A stretch of DNA of 64,000 nt from an uncultured bacterium (GTDB taxonomy: Bacteria > UBA8248 > JACPRG01 > G963555815). Of this stretch, positions 1 to 11,555 are shown piece after piece. Location of the stretch: assembly GCA_964437725.1 (NCBI GenBank), contig CAYTIB010000086.1, forward strand, positions 641 to 64,640, in the 5' to 3' direction. Numbering within the stretch: position 1 is the first letter of the stretch; every line of letters begins with the position of its first letter. The notes beneath the pieces are model-generated. The model saw nothing but the letters and a program-made list of their open reading frames with translations, had not been told where the DNA came from and searched no databases. Made by a program: the position numbers and the translations under genes.

Positions 1-70
1 TGTAAAAAACCTGGTATCCCAGCAGAACCGCCATAGAAAGAACGGCTGCCAAAATTGCGCGTTTATCCAT
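1..70 (-). CDS. yidC: YidC membrane protein insertase, N-terminal fragment (gene runs off the left edge)
   Basis: The reverse-strand ATG at 70..68 reads MDKRAILAAVLSMAVLLGYQVFY, a typical YidC N-terminal signal anchor. It lies directly downstream of yidD, as in the conserved rpmH-rnpA-yidD-yidC operon. Only 23 codons are visible. Confidence 0.6.
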   Translation of the reverse strand, partial: MDKRAILAAVLSMAVLLGYQVFY

Positions 71-81
71 TGGCGGTTACC

Positions 82-318
82 CTATGTTCCTTTCTCGGAT
101 CGCGGAAGAGGATCGTAGCCTCCCGGATGTAAAGGGTGACAACGCAAAATCCGCTTAGCGATAAGATAGATAGCCATCGAGATCGGGTGTTCGCGGATCG
201 CCTCTAACGCGTACTCTGAGCAGGTTGGGTTGAACCTGCACGCTCGAGGGAGGAGGGGGGAGAGAGCAAGCCGGTAGAGCTGAATCAATGCCGTCAGCAA
301 AGCTTTTATCGGCTTCAT
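82..318 (-). CDS. yidD: membrane protein insertion efficiency factor YidD
   Basis: The 78-aa ORF has the YidD hallmark LLPRACRFNPTCSEYALEAI...HPGGYDP. Its position after rnpA fits. Confidence 0.9.
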   Translation of the reverse strand: MKPIKALLTALIQLYRLALSPLLPRACRFNPTCSEYALEAIREHPISMAIYLIAKRILRCHPLHPGGYDPLPRSEKGT

Positions 319-329
319 ATCACTCTTTT

Positions 330-719
330 TTAAGGCCTATCCTTTTTGGGGACCGGCGCGGGCCGCGACCTTACAACTGCGGCGGCAACGGAGCGTTCAA
401 ACGCGTCCTGCAACTCAGCGTACGGGGCAGCCCTTGCACCTGGTTTTGCAACTACTACCATTTCCAGGCCTGGGCCCCGGCCTTTCATCTGCCTAAAGAT
501 CGAGCGAAATCGGCGCTTCAGCCGATTTCTTTCTACCGCATTTCCAACTCGCCGCGATACCGATAGGCCCAGCAAGTCCTCAGGCCCCCTCGTCGATCCC
601 GTCCCCTCACGCCTTTTGGCATAAAACCTATAGAACTTAGTGCGATCGGTCGGGGCCTGTGAGCATATCCGCCGAAAGTCGCTCTGCTTTAGGCGGGGTT
701 TGTCCCTTGGTGGTTTCAT
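330..719 (-). CDS. rnpA: ribonuclease P protein component
   Basis: The 129-aa basic ORF carries the RnpA motif GLSVSRRVGNAVERNRLKRRFR. It lies immediately downstream of rpmH. Confidence 0.9.
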   Translation of the reverse strand: MKPPRDKPRLKQSDFRRICSQAPTDRTKFYRFYAKRREGTGSTRGPEDLLGLSVSRRVGNAVERNRLKRRFRSIFRQMKGRGPGLEMVVVAKPGARAAPYAELQDAFERSVAAAVVRSRPAPVPKKDRP

Positions 720-752
720 TGCGGTCTTATTAAGAACAGGTTGCTGCAGGGT

Positions 753-887
753 TTAAACAGCCAAGCGCTTCCTGCCCTTTTTTCGGCGCCTGCTTAGGAT
801 TTTCCGGCCGGATCGCGAGGCCATTCTTGCGAAGAAACCATGCGTCCGGGCACGCTTAATCCTCGAGGGTTGATATGTCCTTTTCAA
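753..887 (-). CDS. rpmH: 50S ribosomal protein L34 (absent from the ORF track, TTG start)
   Basis: My translation of the reverse strand gives (M)[43 protein letters not shown], a near-consensus 44-aa L34. A GGAAGGG-like RBS lies about 8 nt upstream of the TTG. Confidence 0.9.
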   Translation of the reverse strand: MKRTYQPSRIKRARTHGFFARMASRSGRKILSRRRKKGRKRLAV

Positions 888-1017
888 AGGGGTAACCCTT
901 CCCTGGCCGGCGTTTAAAAGAAAATCTCATTGTGCACTAAGGAGAACAATTAACTGTTTACAGAACAACATACAGTTTAGGTTCGGCGTCAAGGAGTGTC
1001 AAGTAAACAATATTTTC

Positions 1018-1262
1018 TGTTGAAAACTCACGCTTTTTCTGATACCATGCACGTGAAAGTGTTGGGCTTCCTGGGTTTTGTCATTACACTGTTCAGTATT
1101 ATGGTTTTCAATCATTTACATGGAATGTTCGGGGGTTCTTTTTGGGCCGGGTCAGTCTGATATTTTCCGCTCGGCACTTTAGAATTTTCAACGCGTGTTG
1201 AAAACCCAATAAATTGTTTTTTTCCAGTTGTTTACATGGTTTATGGGTATAGGTTATCAACA
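1018..1262. promoter_or_regulatory. three copies of a DnaA-box-like 9-mer TT(A/T)TCAACA in the rpmH-dnaA divergent spacer
   Basis: TGTTGAAAA occurs at 1018..1026 and 1196..1204 (complement TTTTCAACA). TTATCAACA occurs at 1254..1262, overlapping the dnaA ATG. Each is 1-2 mismatches from the TTATCCACA consensus. Confidence 0.25.
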
Positions 1263-2596
1263 TGGATTCCAGCGAAATCTGGGAAATCGCCCTTGAACAT
1301 GCCCGAAAATATGTAACGGAGCAGGCGTTTGAAGCGTGGCTTAGGCCTATCGCACCTGCGGCCCTTGATGGTTCAACACTTGACCTGCTTGTCCCAAACC
1401 AATTTTTTTGTGAATACTTTGAGGATAGGTTTCGTCCGGTCCTTACAGGCGCTTTGCGCGAAGCCACGGGTTTGGAAATTAATTTTCGCTTAATTGTTAA
1501 CGGTGACAGTGAAGATCCCCCGGTTCCCGGGCCACCTCCGAGAGCCCCAGAAAAACAAACACCTCAAAAGAGGTCGGTTCGGGCCTTGAATTCCAAATAT
1601 ACATTTGAAAACTTTGTTGTAGGGAATTCAAACCAATTTGCTCACGCGGCAGCACGTGCGGTTGCCGAGAACCCGGCCGTTGCCTACAACCCCTTATTTA
1701 TTTATGGCGGGGTGGGCCTTGGCAAAACCCACCTTATGCATGCAATTGGTCAGTTGGTTGCTGATAAGATCTCTGGTGCCCAGCTCCATTACACATCCTC
1801 AGAAGATTTCACCATTGATCTAATAAACTCTATCCGCCACGATCGGATGACGGCCTTCCGCGAGAAATATCGCAAAATGGACGTCCTCCTTGTGGACGAT
1901 ATTCAGTTTATCGCGGGTAAAGATCGTACCCAGGAGGAGTTTTTCCATACATTCAACTCTCTTTATGAATCCAAAAAGCAAATTGTTATATCGAGCGATA
2001 AGTTTCCAAAAGAGATGGTCGAACTAGAAGAGCGTTTGCGCTCTCGTTTTGAGTGGGGTCTTGTTGCGGACATCCAACTGCCAGACCTCGAGACTAAGGT
2101 CGCTATTTTGAACAAAAAAGCCGAGGAGAATGATGTCGCTCTCCCCCAGGACGTTGCCCTGCTTGTTGCGGAAAAAATTCGCACCAACATTCGCGAGCTT
2201 GAGGGTTGCCTGATCCGCCTTTCGGCGTTTAGCTCAATGACGAAGCAGCCTATTTCTATTGATATGGCGGAGGAAATTCTCCAACAGATGTTCTACGACG
2301 ACCAACAATCCATTTCGATAGACGGTATTCAAAAAGCCGTGGCTTCGCATTTTAATATTAAGGTCTCAGACCTAAAGTCTAAGCGGCGGCACCGTAGCGT
2401 TGCGGAGCCCAGGCAGATCGCGATGTACCTATCCAGGGATCTAACGGGGGCCTCTCTTTCCGAGATCGGTGAACGGTTTGGGGGTAAAGATCACAGCACG
2501 GTTATTCATTCTTGCAACAAAATTGTTAAGTTGAAAGACAAAGAAACGCGTATCCTTTCTGCAATGAACCAAATACGGAGAGTTTTAAACTTGTGA
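1262..2596 (+). CDS. dnaA: chromosomal replication initiator protein DnaA
   Basis: The 444-aa ORF has Walker A GGVGLGKTHL, the AAA+ region and a C-terminal DNA-binding helix-turn-helix (GGKDHSTVIHSCNKI). Confidence 0.97.
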   Translation: MDSSEIWEIALEHARKYVTEQAFEAWLRPIAPAALDGSTLDLLVPNQFFCEYFEDRFRPVLTGALREATGLEINFRLIVNGDSEDPPVPGPPPRAPEKQTPQKRSVRALNSKYTFENFVVGNSNQFAHAAARAVAENPAVAYNPLFIYGGVGLGKTHLMHAIGQLVADKISGAQLHYTSSEDFTIDLINSIRHDRMTAFREKYRKMDVLLVDDIQFIAGKDRTQEEFFHTFNSLYESKKQIVISSDKFPKEMVELEERLRSRFEWGLVADIQLPDLETKVAILNKKAEENDVALPQDVALLVAEKIRTNIRELEGCLIRLSAFSSMTKQPISIDMAEEILQQMFYDDQQSISIDGIQKAVASHFNIKVSDLKSKRRHRSVAEPRQIAMYLSRDLTGASLSEIGERFGGKDHSTVIHSCNKIVKLKDKETRILSAMNQIRRVLNL

Positions 2597-2823
2597 AATA
2601 GTTGTTTGTTTGCTGCGGGTAAAGCCTGGAAAACTGCGGGTGGGATCTGGAAAACTTGGTGCCCTCTTTTCGTGTGTGGATTTTTTGATTTTTCCCAACA
2701 GGTTTTCATGCTCGCAACCGGTTTAAAGAGAAGGGGGTTTCGTTGTTTTCCACAAACTCACAGCCCCTGCTTTTACTACTCTTTATTTATAAAGATCTCT
2801 TTTAATAATAAAGACCCTTTAAT
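2597..2823. other. candidate oriC-like spacer (DnaA-box-like motifs plus AT-rich stretch) between dnaA and recF
   Basis: CTGGAAAACT occurs twice (2626..2635 and 2647..2656; complement AGTTTTCCAG). TGTGGATTT is at 2675..2683 and TTTTCCACA at 2746..2754. An AT-rich run at 2771..2823 contains a GATC. Confidence 0.35.
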
Positions 2824-3948
2824 ATGTACTTAGCAAAGCTCCATATAGAAAATTTTCGCAACATACGGACATATAAAGTTAAATTTTCAGAAGGCCCGAA
2901 CCTAATCACTGGAATGAATGGTCAAGGAAAATCCAATCTTCTTGAGGCTATATATTTTCTCGGGAACCTAAAATCGTTTAGGGGCGCAAAAAGAAGTAGC
3001 CTGACTCAGTGGGGGTGTACTAAATTTGGTTTAAGGGGAGAATTTATATTCCCGGAAACAGGAAAGACCCTCTCATTAGAGGCCGTTTGCGATAAAGGAA
3101 AAGCTCAATACCGCATAAACGGAACCGCCACGGAATCCGTTGAAGACTATCTTTCCAGAGTTTGCACAATTGCTTTTCACCCAGACAGTCTCTCGATCCT
3201 TAAAGGGGGCCCAACCCACCGCCGGATGTTTGTAGACAGAGGAATTTTTCACGAAAACAAAGAACACCTGAGGGCACTAAAAGAGTACAACCGAGTTTTA
3301 ACTGAAAGAAGGTGGATCTTAAAAAACCGCAAAGACTCAATTCTTGGTGTTTGGACAGAAAAGCTAATTCAGCTAGGGGTTAAGGTCGCTACAAAAAGGC
3401 AGGACTATTGCCAGAGGCTCAACAAAAGAGCGCTTGTTATGGACCACCCACCCGGAGGAGATGAACCGCCGCAGATAAAGTATCTTCCATCAATCCCTGG
3501 GCTAATTGAGGGCCTAGACGCAAAAGATGAGAAAGCAAATAGGGATATTTTCTCTAAAAGGCTTGAGGAAACAAAGAGGGAGGAGCAAAGGCGAGGGCAA
3601 ACACTAACAGGCCCCCACCGGGACGACCTTGCTGTTTGGGTGGGTGGGAAGGATCTCTCAAGGTATGGCTCGCAAGGCCAACAAAAATCAGCCCTCCTTT
3701 GCCTTGTGGCTGCACAGTCAGATTTGGTTAGCCGGTGCGGCACAGGAGCACCGATAATGATTTTCGACGACGTTACATCTGAGCTAGATGACATAAGGGC
3801 GGAATGGGTTTGCCACAAACTCGCGGGCCGAGGAAACCAGGTTTTTATAAGCTCTGTGGAAGCTGTTCCTATCCAAAAAATAACGGGTCTCACAAAAGCA
3901 TTGCTTGCTCGCCGCGGAGAGCTAACCGAGGTGGGATCCGCCGCATAG
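2824..3948 (+). CDS. recF: DNA replication and repair protein RecF
   Basis: The 374-aa ORF starts LHIENFRNI, has Walker A GMNGQGKSNLLEAI and an SMC-like signature/Walker B (GSQGQQKS...IMIFDDVTSELD). Confidence 0.95.
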   Translation: MYLAKLHIENFRNIRTYKVKFSEGPNLITGMNGQGKSNLLEAIYFLGNLKSFRGAKRSSLTQWGCTKFGLRGEFIFPETGKTLSLEAVCDKGKAQYRINGTATESVEDYLSRVCTIAFHPDSLSILKGGPTHRRMFVDRGIFHENKEHLRALKEYNRVLTERRWILKNRKDSILGVWTEKLIQLGVKVATKRQDYCQRLNKRALVMDHPPGGDEPPQIKYLPSIPGLIEGLDAKDEKANRDIFSKRLEETKREEQRRGQTLTGPHRDDLAVWVGGKDLSRYGSQGQQKSALLCLVAAQSDLVSRCGTGAPIMIFDDVTSELDDIRAEWVCHKLAGRGNQVFISSVEAVPIQKITGLTKALLARRGELTEVGSAA

Positions 3949-3988
3949 CAGGCTAACACCAAAAACGGTGTTATGGTCTAACCGCTAA

Positions 3989-6478
<2,490 letters not shown>

Positions 6479-6571
6479 TGAACGCCTACCACAAAACGGG
6501 CAGCCGCGGCCAAAAATGGCACAAGGCACCCCCATTTCGTTAGTCTCGGAAGTCTCGATTAAGGAGAAAAG

Positions 6572-9064
6572 ATGGCGGAGATCCAAGAAACCCGGATTCC
6601 CATAGCAATTGAAGAGGAGATGAAGTCTTCGTTTATGGACTACGCAATGAGCGTTATCATTGCGAGGGCCCTGCCGGATGTGCGCGACGGGCTAAAACCA
6701 GTCCACCGCCGAATCCTTTTTACACTAGACGATCTTAACCTCAATCCGGGGAAGCCTTATCGAAAATGCGCCAAGATTGCAGGGGACGTCAGCGGAAATT
6801 ATCACCCTCACGGGGAGGCCATCGTATATCCATCACTAGCCCGTATGGCCCAGGATTTCTCTCTTCGTTACCCGCTTGTCGAAGGGCAGGGCAACTTTGG
6901 GTCTGTCGACGGAGACCCACCGGCCGCCATGCGTTATACCGAAGCCCGGATGACGGCTCTCACTGAAGAGATGCTCCGAGACATTGATAAAGATACGGTT
7001 GACTTTGCACCCAACTACGATGAAACCCGCCGGGAGCCAGTCGTTTTACCATCAGCCATCCCCAATCTTGTGATTAATGGATCGGATGGCATCGCAGTTG
7101 GCATGGCTACGAAGATTCCACCACACAATCTTGGGGAGATCGTGGATGGGCTAGCAGCGATTTTGGACGAACCCGACACATCGGATGAAGCTCTGCTTAA
7201 GCTGATTCCCGGCCCCGATTTCCCAACCGGCGGGATCATACATGGGCGAAAAGGGATTAAGGATGCCTACCTAACAGGGCGAGGCCTTGTCCAGGTCCGA
7301 GCGAAAGCCAAGACCGAGATCACCAAGCGGTCGGGCCGCGAAATCGAGTCCATCGTGATAACGGAGATTCCATATCAGGTCAATAAGGCCAAGCTAATCG
7401 AAAAAATAGCTCAATTGGTGCGGGATAAGGTGGAGGGGTTTGAGGGAATTGCGGATTTGCGCGATGAATCCGACCGGGATGGCATGCGGATCTTGATCGA
7501 GCTTAAGCGAGATGGAGTTTCAGAATATATCTTAAACCGACTGTATAAACACACATCTCTGCAGGGGACCTTTGGGGTCATCATGTTGGCTTTAGTAAAT
7601 AACCAGCCCCAGGTTCTCTCCTTAAAGTCAATGTTAGAGCACTTTATTCAACACCGCCGGGAAGTAGTAGTCAGACGCACCCGTTACGATCTCGGCAAGG
7701 CCCGGGAGCGCGCCCATATTCTCGAGGGCCTTCTGGTTGCCCTGAAGAGCATCGATGCAGTCATAAAGTTAATCCGCGCGTCTAAAACACCAGATAGCGC
7801 ACGCACGGGCCTGATGACCAAATTCAAGGTTACAGAGCTTCAGGCCCAGGCAATTTTGGACATGCGGCTTCAGCGACTTGTTGCACTGGAACAAGATAAA
7901 ATCAAAGCAGAACATAAAGAACTCAAGAAGAAGATTTTGCATTTAGAGTCTGTGCTTGCTGACGAGAAGCTCGTGATTAGAATCATCCAAGATGAACTAC
8001 AGGAAATCAAAAAGAAGTACACAAATGAGCGCCGGACAGAAATCATTGATGCGACTAGCGAGATCACGTTGGAAGACATGATTGTCGAAGAAGATATGGC
8101 TGTAACCATCAGCATGGATGATTATATCAAGCGGAATGCCGTGTCCTTATATCGAAGCCAGCGGCGTGGCGGGAAAGGTGTGAAAGGGATGCAGACCCGG
8201 GCGGAGGATGCCGTCAAGGATGTATTTGTGGCAAACACCCATGAATACATGGTTTTTTTCACGTCCCGAGGGCGACTGCACTGGTTAAAAGTTTATCAGC
8301 TTCCGCAAGCGGGGCGAGCTAGTCGCGGAAAGGCAATTGTAAACCTCCTCCAACTGAAGGATGGTGAAACAGTTTCAGCTGCTTTAAAAGTCCGAGAATT
8401 TTCGGAAGGCAGATTTATCCTGATGGTGACCAGGAAAGGGATAGTGAAAAAAACGCCATTGCCGTCGTTTGGAAGACCAAGGGTTGGTGGCATAATTGCC
8501 ATCAATTTGGACGAGGACGACGAGCTAATACGGGCCCACGAAACAGATGGGTCTCGCCAAATCCTCATCGCTACCCGGCAGGGCAAGGCAATCCGGTTTG
8601 AAGAAGGCCAGGTGCGCTCGATGGGCCGTAATGCGGCGGGGGTTAGGGGGATCCGGTTGGCCAAAGGCGATGAGGTTATCGGTGCAGAGGTTGTGACGCC
8701 AGACAGTGTTATCCTTTCAATCACTCAAAAGGGCTATGGAAAACGGACAGCTCTTAAGGATTACCGTTTGACCGCCCGCGGAGGTAAAGGGGTAATAAAT
8801 TTAAAGATAACGGAAAAAAATGGGTCGGTAGTTGATATCCTGCAGGTTCATGAAACCGACGGATATCTCTTGACAACGATTGGCGGTCAAATTATTCGCA
8901 GTGAAGTTAGTCCCGTATCTGTAATCGGGCGAGCAACGCAAGGTGTCCGCCTGATAAATCTTGGGGACGAGGATAAAGTGGTGGCGATTGCTCGAATCCC
9001 GGAGGAGGAAAAGGGCGCGCTTTCAGAGTCAGGCGACATAAATGGGGCAGGACCGGCCTCCTAA
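6572..9064 (+). CDS. gyrA: DNA gyrase subunit A
   Basis: The 830-aa ORF has DGLKPVHRRIL, the active-site AAMRYTEARM and C-terminal beta-pinwheel repeats. Confidence 0.98.
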   Translation: MAEIQETRIPIAIEEEMKSSFMDYAMSVIIARALPDVRDGLKPVHRRILFTLDDLNLNPGKPYRKCAKIAGDVSGNYHPHGEAIVYPSLARMAQDFSLRYPLVEGQGNFGSVDGDPPAAMRYTEARMTALTEEMLRDIDKDTVDFAPNYDETRREPVVLPSAIPNLVINGSDGIAVGMATKIPPHNLGEIVDGLAAILDEPDTSDEALLKLIPGPDFPTGGIIHGRKGIKDAYLTGRGLVQVRAKAKTEITKRSGREIESIVITEIPYQVNKAKLIEKIAQLVRDKVEGFEGIADLRDESDRDGMRILIELKRDGVSEYILNRLYKHTSLQGTFGVIMLALVNNQPQVLSLKSMLEHFIQHRREVVVRRTRYDLGKARERAHILEGLLVALKSIDAVIKLIRASKTPDSARTGLMTKFKVTELQAQAILDMRLQRLVALEQDKIKAEHKELKKKILHLESVLADEKLVIRIIQDELQEIKKKYTNERRTEIIDATSEITLEDMIVEEDMAVTISMDDYIKRNAVSLYRSQRRGGKGVKGMQTRAEDAVKDVFVANTHEYMVFFTSRGRLHWLKVYQLPQAGRASRGKAIVNLLQLKDGETVSAALKVREFSEGRFILMVTRKGIVKKTPLPSFGRPRVGGIIAINLDEDDELIRAHETDGSRQILIATRQGKAIRFEEGQVRSMGRNAAGVRGIRLAKGDEVIGAEVVTPDSVILSITQKGYGKRTALKDYRLTARGGKGVINLKITEKNGSVVDILQVHETDGYLLTTIGGQIIRSEVSPVSVIGRATQGVRLINLGDEDKVVAIARIPEEEKGALSESGDINGAGPAS

Positions 9065-9128
9065 ATGGTTTTGATATACTCGAACCGCCGGCCCCCAGGG
9101 GCACAAAGTCCGCAATAGCGGACAGAGG

Positions 9129-9224
9129 CTATTTTGGAATTACAGGATCGAAACCACCCAACATCCAGAGGGCCAGGAGGCCGACAGCCGTGACGTAAAG
9201 GAAAAAGAGACGAAGTCTTTTCAT
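9129..9224 (-). CDS. possible 31-aa small hydrophobic peptide (hypothetical)
   Basis: My translation gives MKRLRLFFLYVTAVGLLALWMLGGFDPVIPK*, which is signal-anchor-like. No homology is recognised, and it may be spurious. Confidence 0.15.
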   Translation of the reverse strand: MKRLRLFFLYVTAVGLLALWMLGGFDPVIPK

Positions 9225-9348
9225 GGTAACTTACGGTAACCGGGACGCGTTCTCCCGATGGAAAGCGTAAAGAGACTCGCAACTAATCTAATCACCTTTG
9301 ATTCCCCATGCTAGCACCCGGGTTTCAAGCGTGCAATAAAGAGGGCCT

Positions 9349-11037
9349 ATGATCGACATTCGAAGGGCCAGAGAGGAAAGGGAAAGCCTTCAGGGTGCCC
9401 TGGCTCGCCGAGGGAGCACACCGGATTTTGAACCAATCCTGGAACGAGATACCAACCGCCGGGCATTGATCACGGAGCTCCAGGCGAACCGATCAAGACA
9501 AAAAGATCTTTCCAGACAAATTGGGGATTTAAAAAAAGAGGGGCGAGACGCAGAGTCGCTTATGGCACAGGTGCGAGGCATGGGCGATCAAATTGCTTCG
9601 TTAGAAAAGCGAGCCCGCGAAGAAGAAGAGGCCATCCGGGAGATGATGCTTGATATTCCCAACACCCCCCATCCTTCGGTTCCAGATGGCCAGGATGAGG
9701 CTTCTAACAAAGAAATTCGACAATGGGGAACACCGCGAAAATTTAGCTTTCAGCCACGAGACCATCTCGCCATTAGTGAAAGCCTCGGCATTGTTGATCT
9801 GTCAAGAGCAGCAAAAATTACGGGTGCCCGTTTCCCCCTTCTGATGGGTGCGGGCGCCTCGTTGGGACGGGCTCTACAGAACTTCATGCTAGATATTCAT
9901 ACCCGACGGCATGAATATCACGAAGTTCTCCCGCCCTTTTTGGTTAACACGGAGTCAGCAATGGGTACCGGACAACTTCCAAAATTTGAAGAAGATCTCT
10001 TCAAGACCGATGGCCATGAGTTTTATTTAACACCAACAGCGGAAGTCCCACTAACCAATATTCACAGGGATGAAATTCTTTCAGAACGACTGCTCCCCAT
10101 AAAATACACGGCATCCACCCCTTGCTTTCGCCGAGAGGCGGGATCATATGGGAAAGAAACCCGTGGGTTAATCCGCCAACACCAGTTTGACAAAGTTGAG
10201 TTGGTCAAATTCACCTCGGCAGAAACATCCTACGATGAATTAGAAACACTCACGGCAGATGCCGAGGAGGTTCTCCAAAGACTTGAGATTCCATACCGGG
10301 TTGTGATTTTGTGTGCGGGGGACCTCGGATTCAGCGCGGCGAAGACCTATGACATCGAAGTTTGGCTCCCCGCTAAGCAAGGATATCTGGAGGTCTCTTC
10401 CTGCAGTAACTACGAAGATTTTCAGGCCCACCGAATTGGTGTCCGCTATCGCACCAAAGAAGGCAAAACAAGTTTTGCCCACACCCTAAATGGCTCTGGG
10501 CTCGCCATTGGCCGGACGATAGTATCCATCCTGGAAAATTTTCAACAAGGGGATGGGTCTGTAGAAATCCCCATGGCGCTTCGTCCCTACATGGGTGGAA
10601 TGGAAACCGTCACTCGTGTCCGGACCCCCTGGAATGCGAAGGGTGGAGACCAACAGACATCAGCAAGCACCCCAGAGGGAACCAATAAGAAAACCGGGGA
10701 CCAAAAGGCAACTGATAGGCAAGGAGGCGCGCGCGGTGGACAAGGACAACCGGCGCCCGCCCGCCCCAGAAACCGTAGAAGCCGCAATCGGAAAGGCCGC
10801 GGAGGACAGCGGGGTGACAGGCAGGACCAAAACGATCGCCAGGAAACCGGTGGACCCTCTGAGCGGAACCGACACCCTGGTGGCGGGCAAGCCCAGATCC
10901 GAGAAACCCAAGACCAACGCCCCGGATCGGAAAAGCGTGAAAACAAGCCGGAGGCAAAACCAGGTTTAGGAAAAGAAGGCTCTTCAAATCTTGAGGAGGA
11001 GACCCACCGGGTGGACAATCCCCCGCTCGGCCACTAA
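9349..11037 (+). CDS. serS: seryl-tRNA synthetase with a ~141-aa basic low-complexity C-terminal extension
   Basis: It has the N-terminal coiled-coil arm and the class II core (FRREAGSYGKETRGLIRQHQFDKVE, NGSGLAIGRT). The canonical end ...ALRPYMGGMETV falls near nt 10611, but the ORF continues to 11037. Confidence 0.93.
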   Translation: MIDIRRAREERESLQGALARRGSTPDFEPILERDTNRRALITELQANRSRQKDLSRQIGDLKKEGRDAESLMAQVRGMGDQIASLEKRAREEEEAIREMMLDIPNTPHPSVPDGQDEASNKEIRQWGTPRKFSFQPRDHLAISESLGIVDLSRAAKITGARFPLLMGAGASLGRALQNFMLDIHTRRHEYHEVLPPFLVNTESAMGTGQLPKFEEDLFKTDGHEFYLTPTAEVPLTNIHRDEILSERLLPIKYTASTPCFRREAGSYGKETRGLIRQHQFDKVELVKFTSAETSYDELETLTADAEEVLQRLEIPYRVVILCAGDLGFSAAKTYDIEVWLPAKQGYLEVSSCSNYEDFQAHRIGVRYRTKEGKTSFAHTLNGSGLAIGRTIVSILENFQQGDGSVEIPMALRPYMGGMETVTRVRTPWNAKGGDQQTSASTPEGTNKKTGDQKATDRQGGARGGQGQPAPARPRNRRSRNRKGRGGQRGDRQDQNDRQETGGPSERNRHPGGGQAQIRETQDQRPGSEKRENKPEAKPGLGKEGSSNLEEETHRVDNPPLGH

Positions 11038-11096
11038 TTTTAAATATGGCTTTTTGTCCATAGAAACGTAATAGCAGAACCGCGAGGCCTTCAGGC

Positions 11097-11188
11097 GGAG
11101 GGATGGCCGAGTGGTTGAAGGCGGCGGTCTTGAAAACCGCTAGGGGCCGAAAGGTCCCTCGGGGGTTCGAATCCCTCTCCCTCCGCCA
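11097..11188 (+). tRNA. tRNA-Ser (anticodon TGA), CCA encoded
   Basis: Hand-folded: acceptor GGAGGGA/TCCCTCC, anticodon stem GCGGT/ACCGC with loop CTTGAAA, a long variable arm, T-loop GGTTCGAATCC and 3' GCCA. Confidence 0.9.
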
Positions 11189-11321
11189 TAACTAGACGTT
11201 ATGCCTTGCGAATTGCCGAGAGCCCTTGGGGCGTTCCCCGAAAACAATAGCGCGTGATAATATGGGACAATGGTTCTCGCAAGGGGGAATCTTCGGGGCT
11301 ATTTTCCGCCGGCATTTCAAC

Positions 11322-11415
<94 letters not shown>

Positions 11416-11555
11416 TTAACTCGCTAAATTTTTTGCGTTGAGCTTGTTGCTACCTTCAAAGACAGGTAATCCGACAGCCTGAGCGCAAAACCGCCTAGCT
11501 TCAAAAGTAGTAAAAACAAAGGGAATCTATTTCCAGGAAGTCCTCGGTTTTTAAA

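Noticed and set aside
1108-1467. A 119-aa minus-strand ORF spans the dnaA start and upstream spacer.
   Set aside because: It overlaps the well-supported dnaA N-terminus in antisense, has no recognisable motifs, and lies in a region better explained as promoter or origin DNA.
10587-11018. Four long ORFs lie in other frames or on the opposite strand across the serS 3' region (10587..11018 -, 10595..10969 +, 10610..10987 -, 10660..10917 -).
   Set aside because: They result from purine-rich, stop-poor composition. None has a recognisable domain or start context. They are relevant only as a caution that ORF length does not prove the SerRS tail frame.
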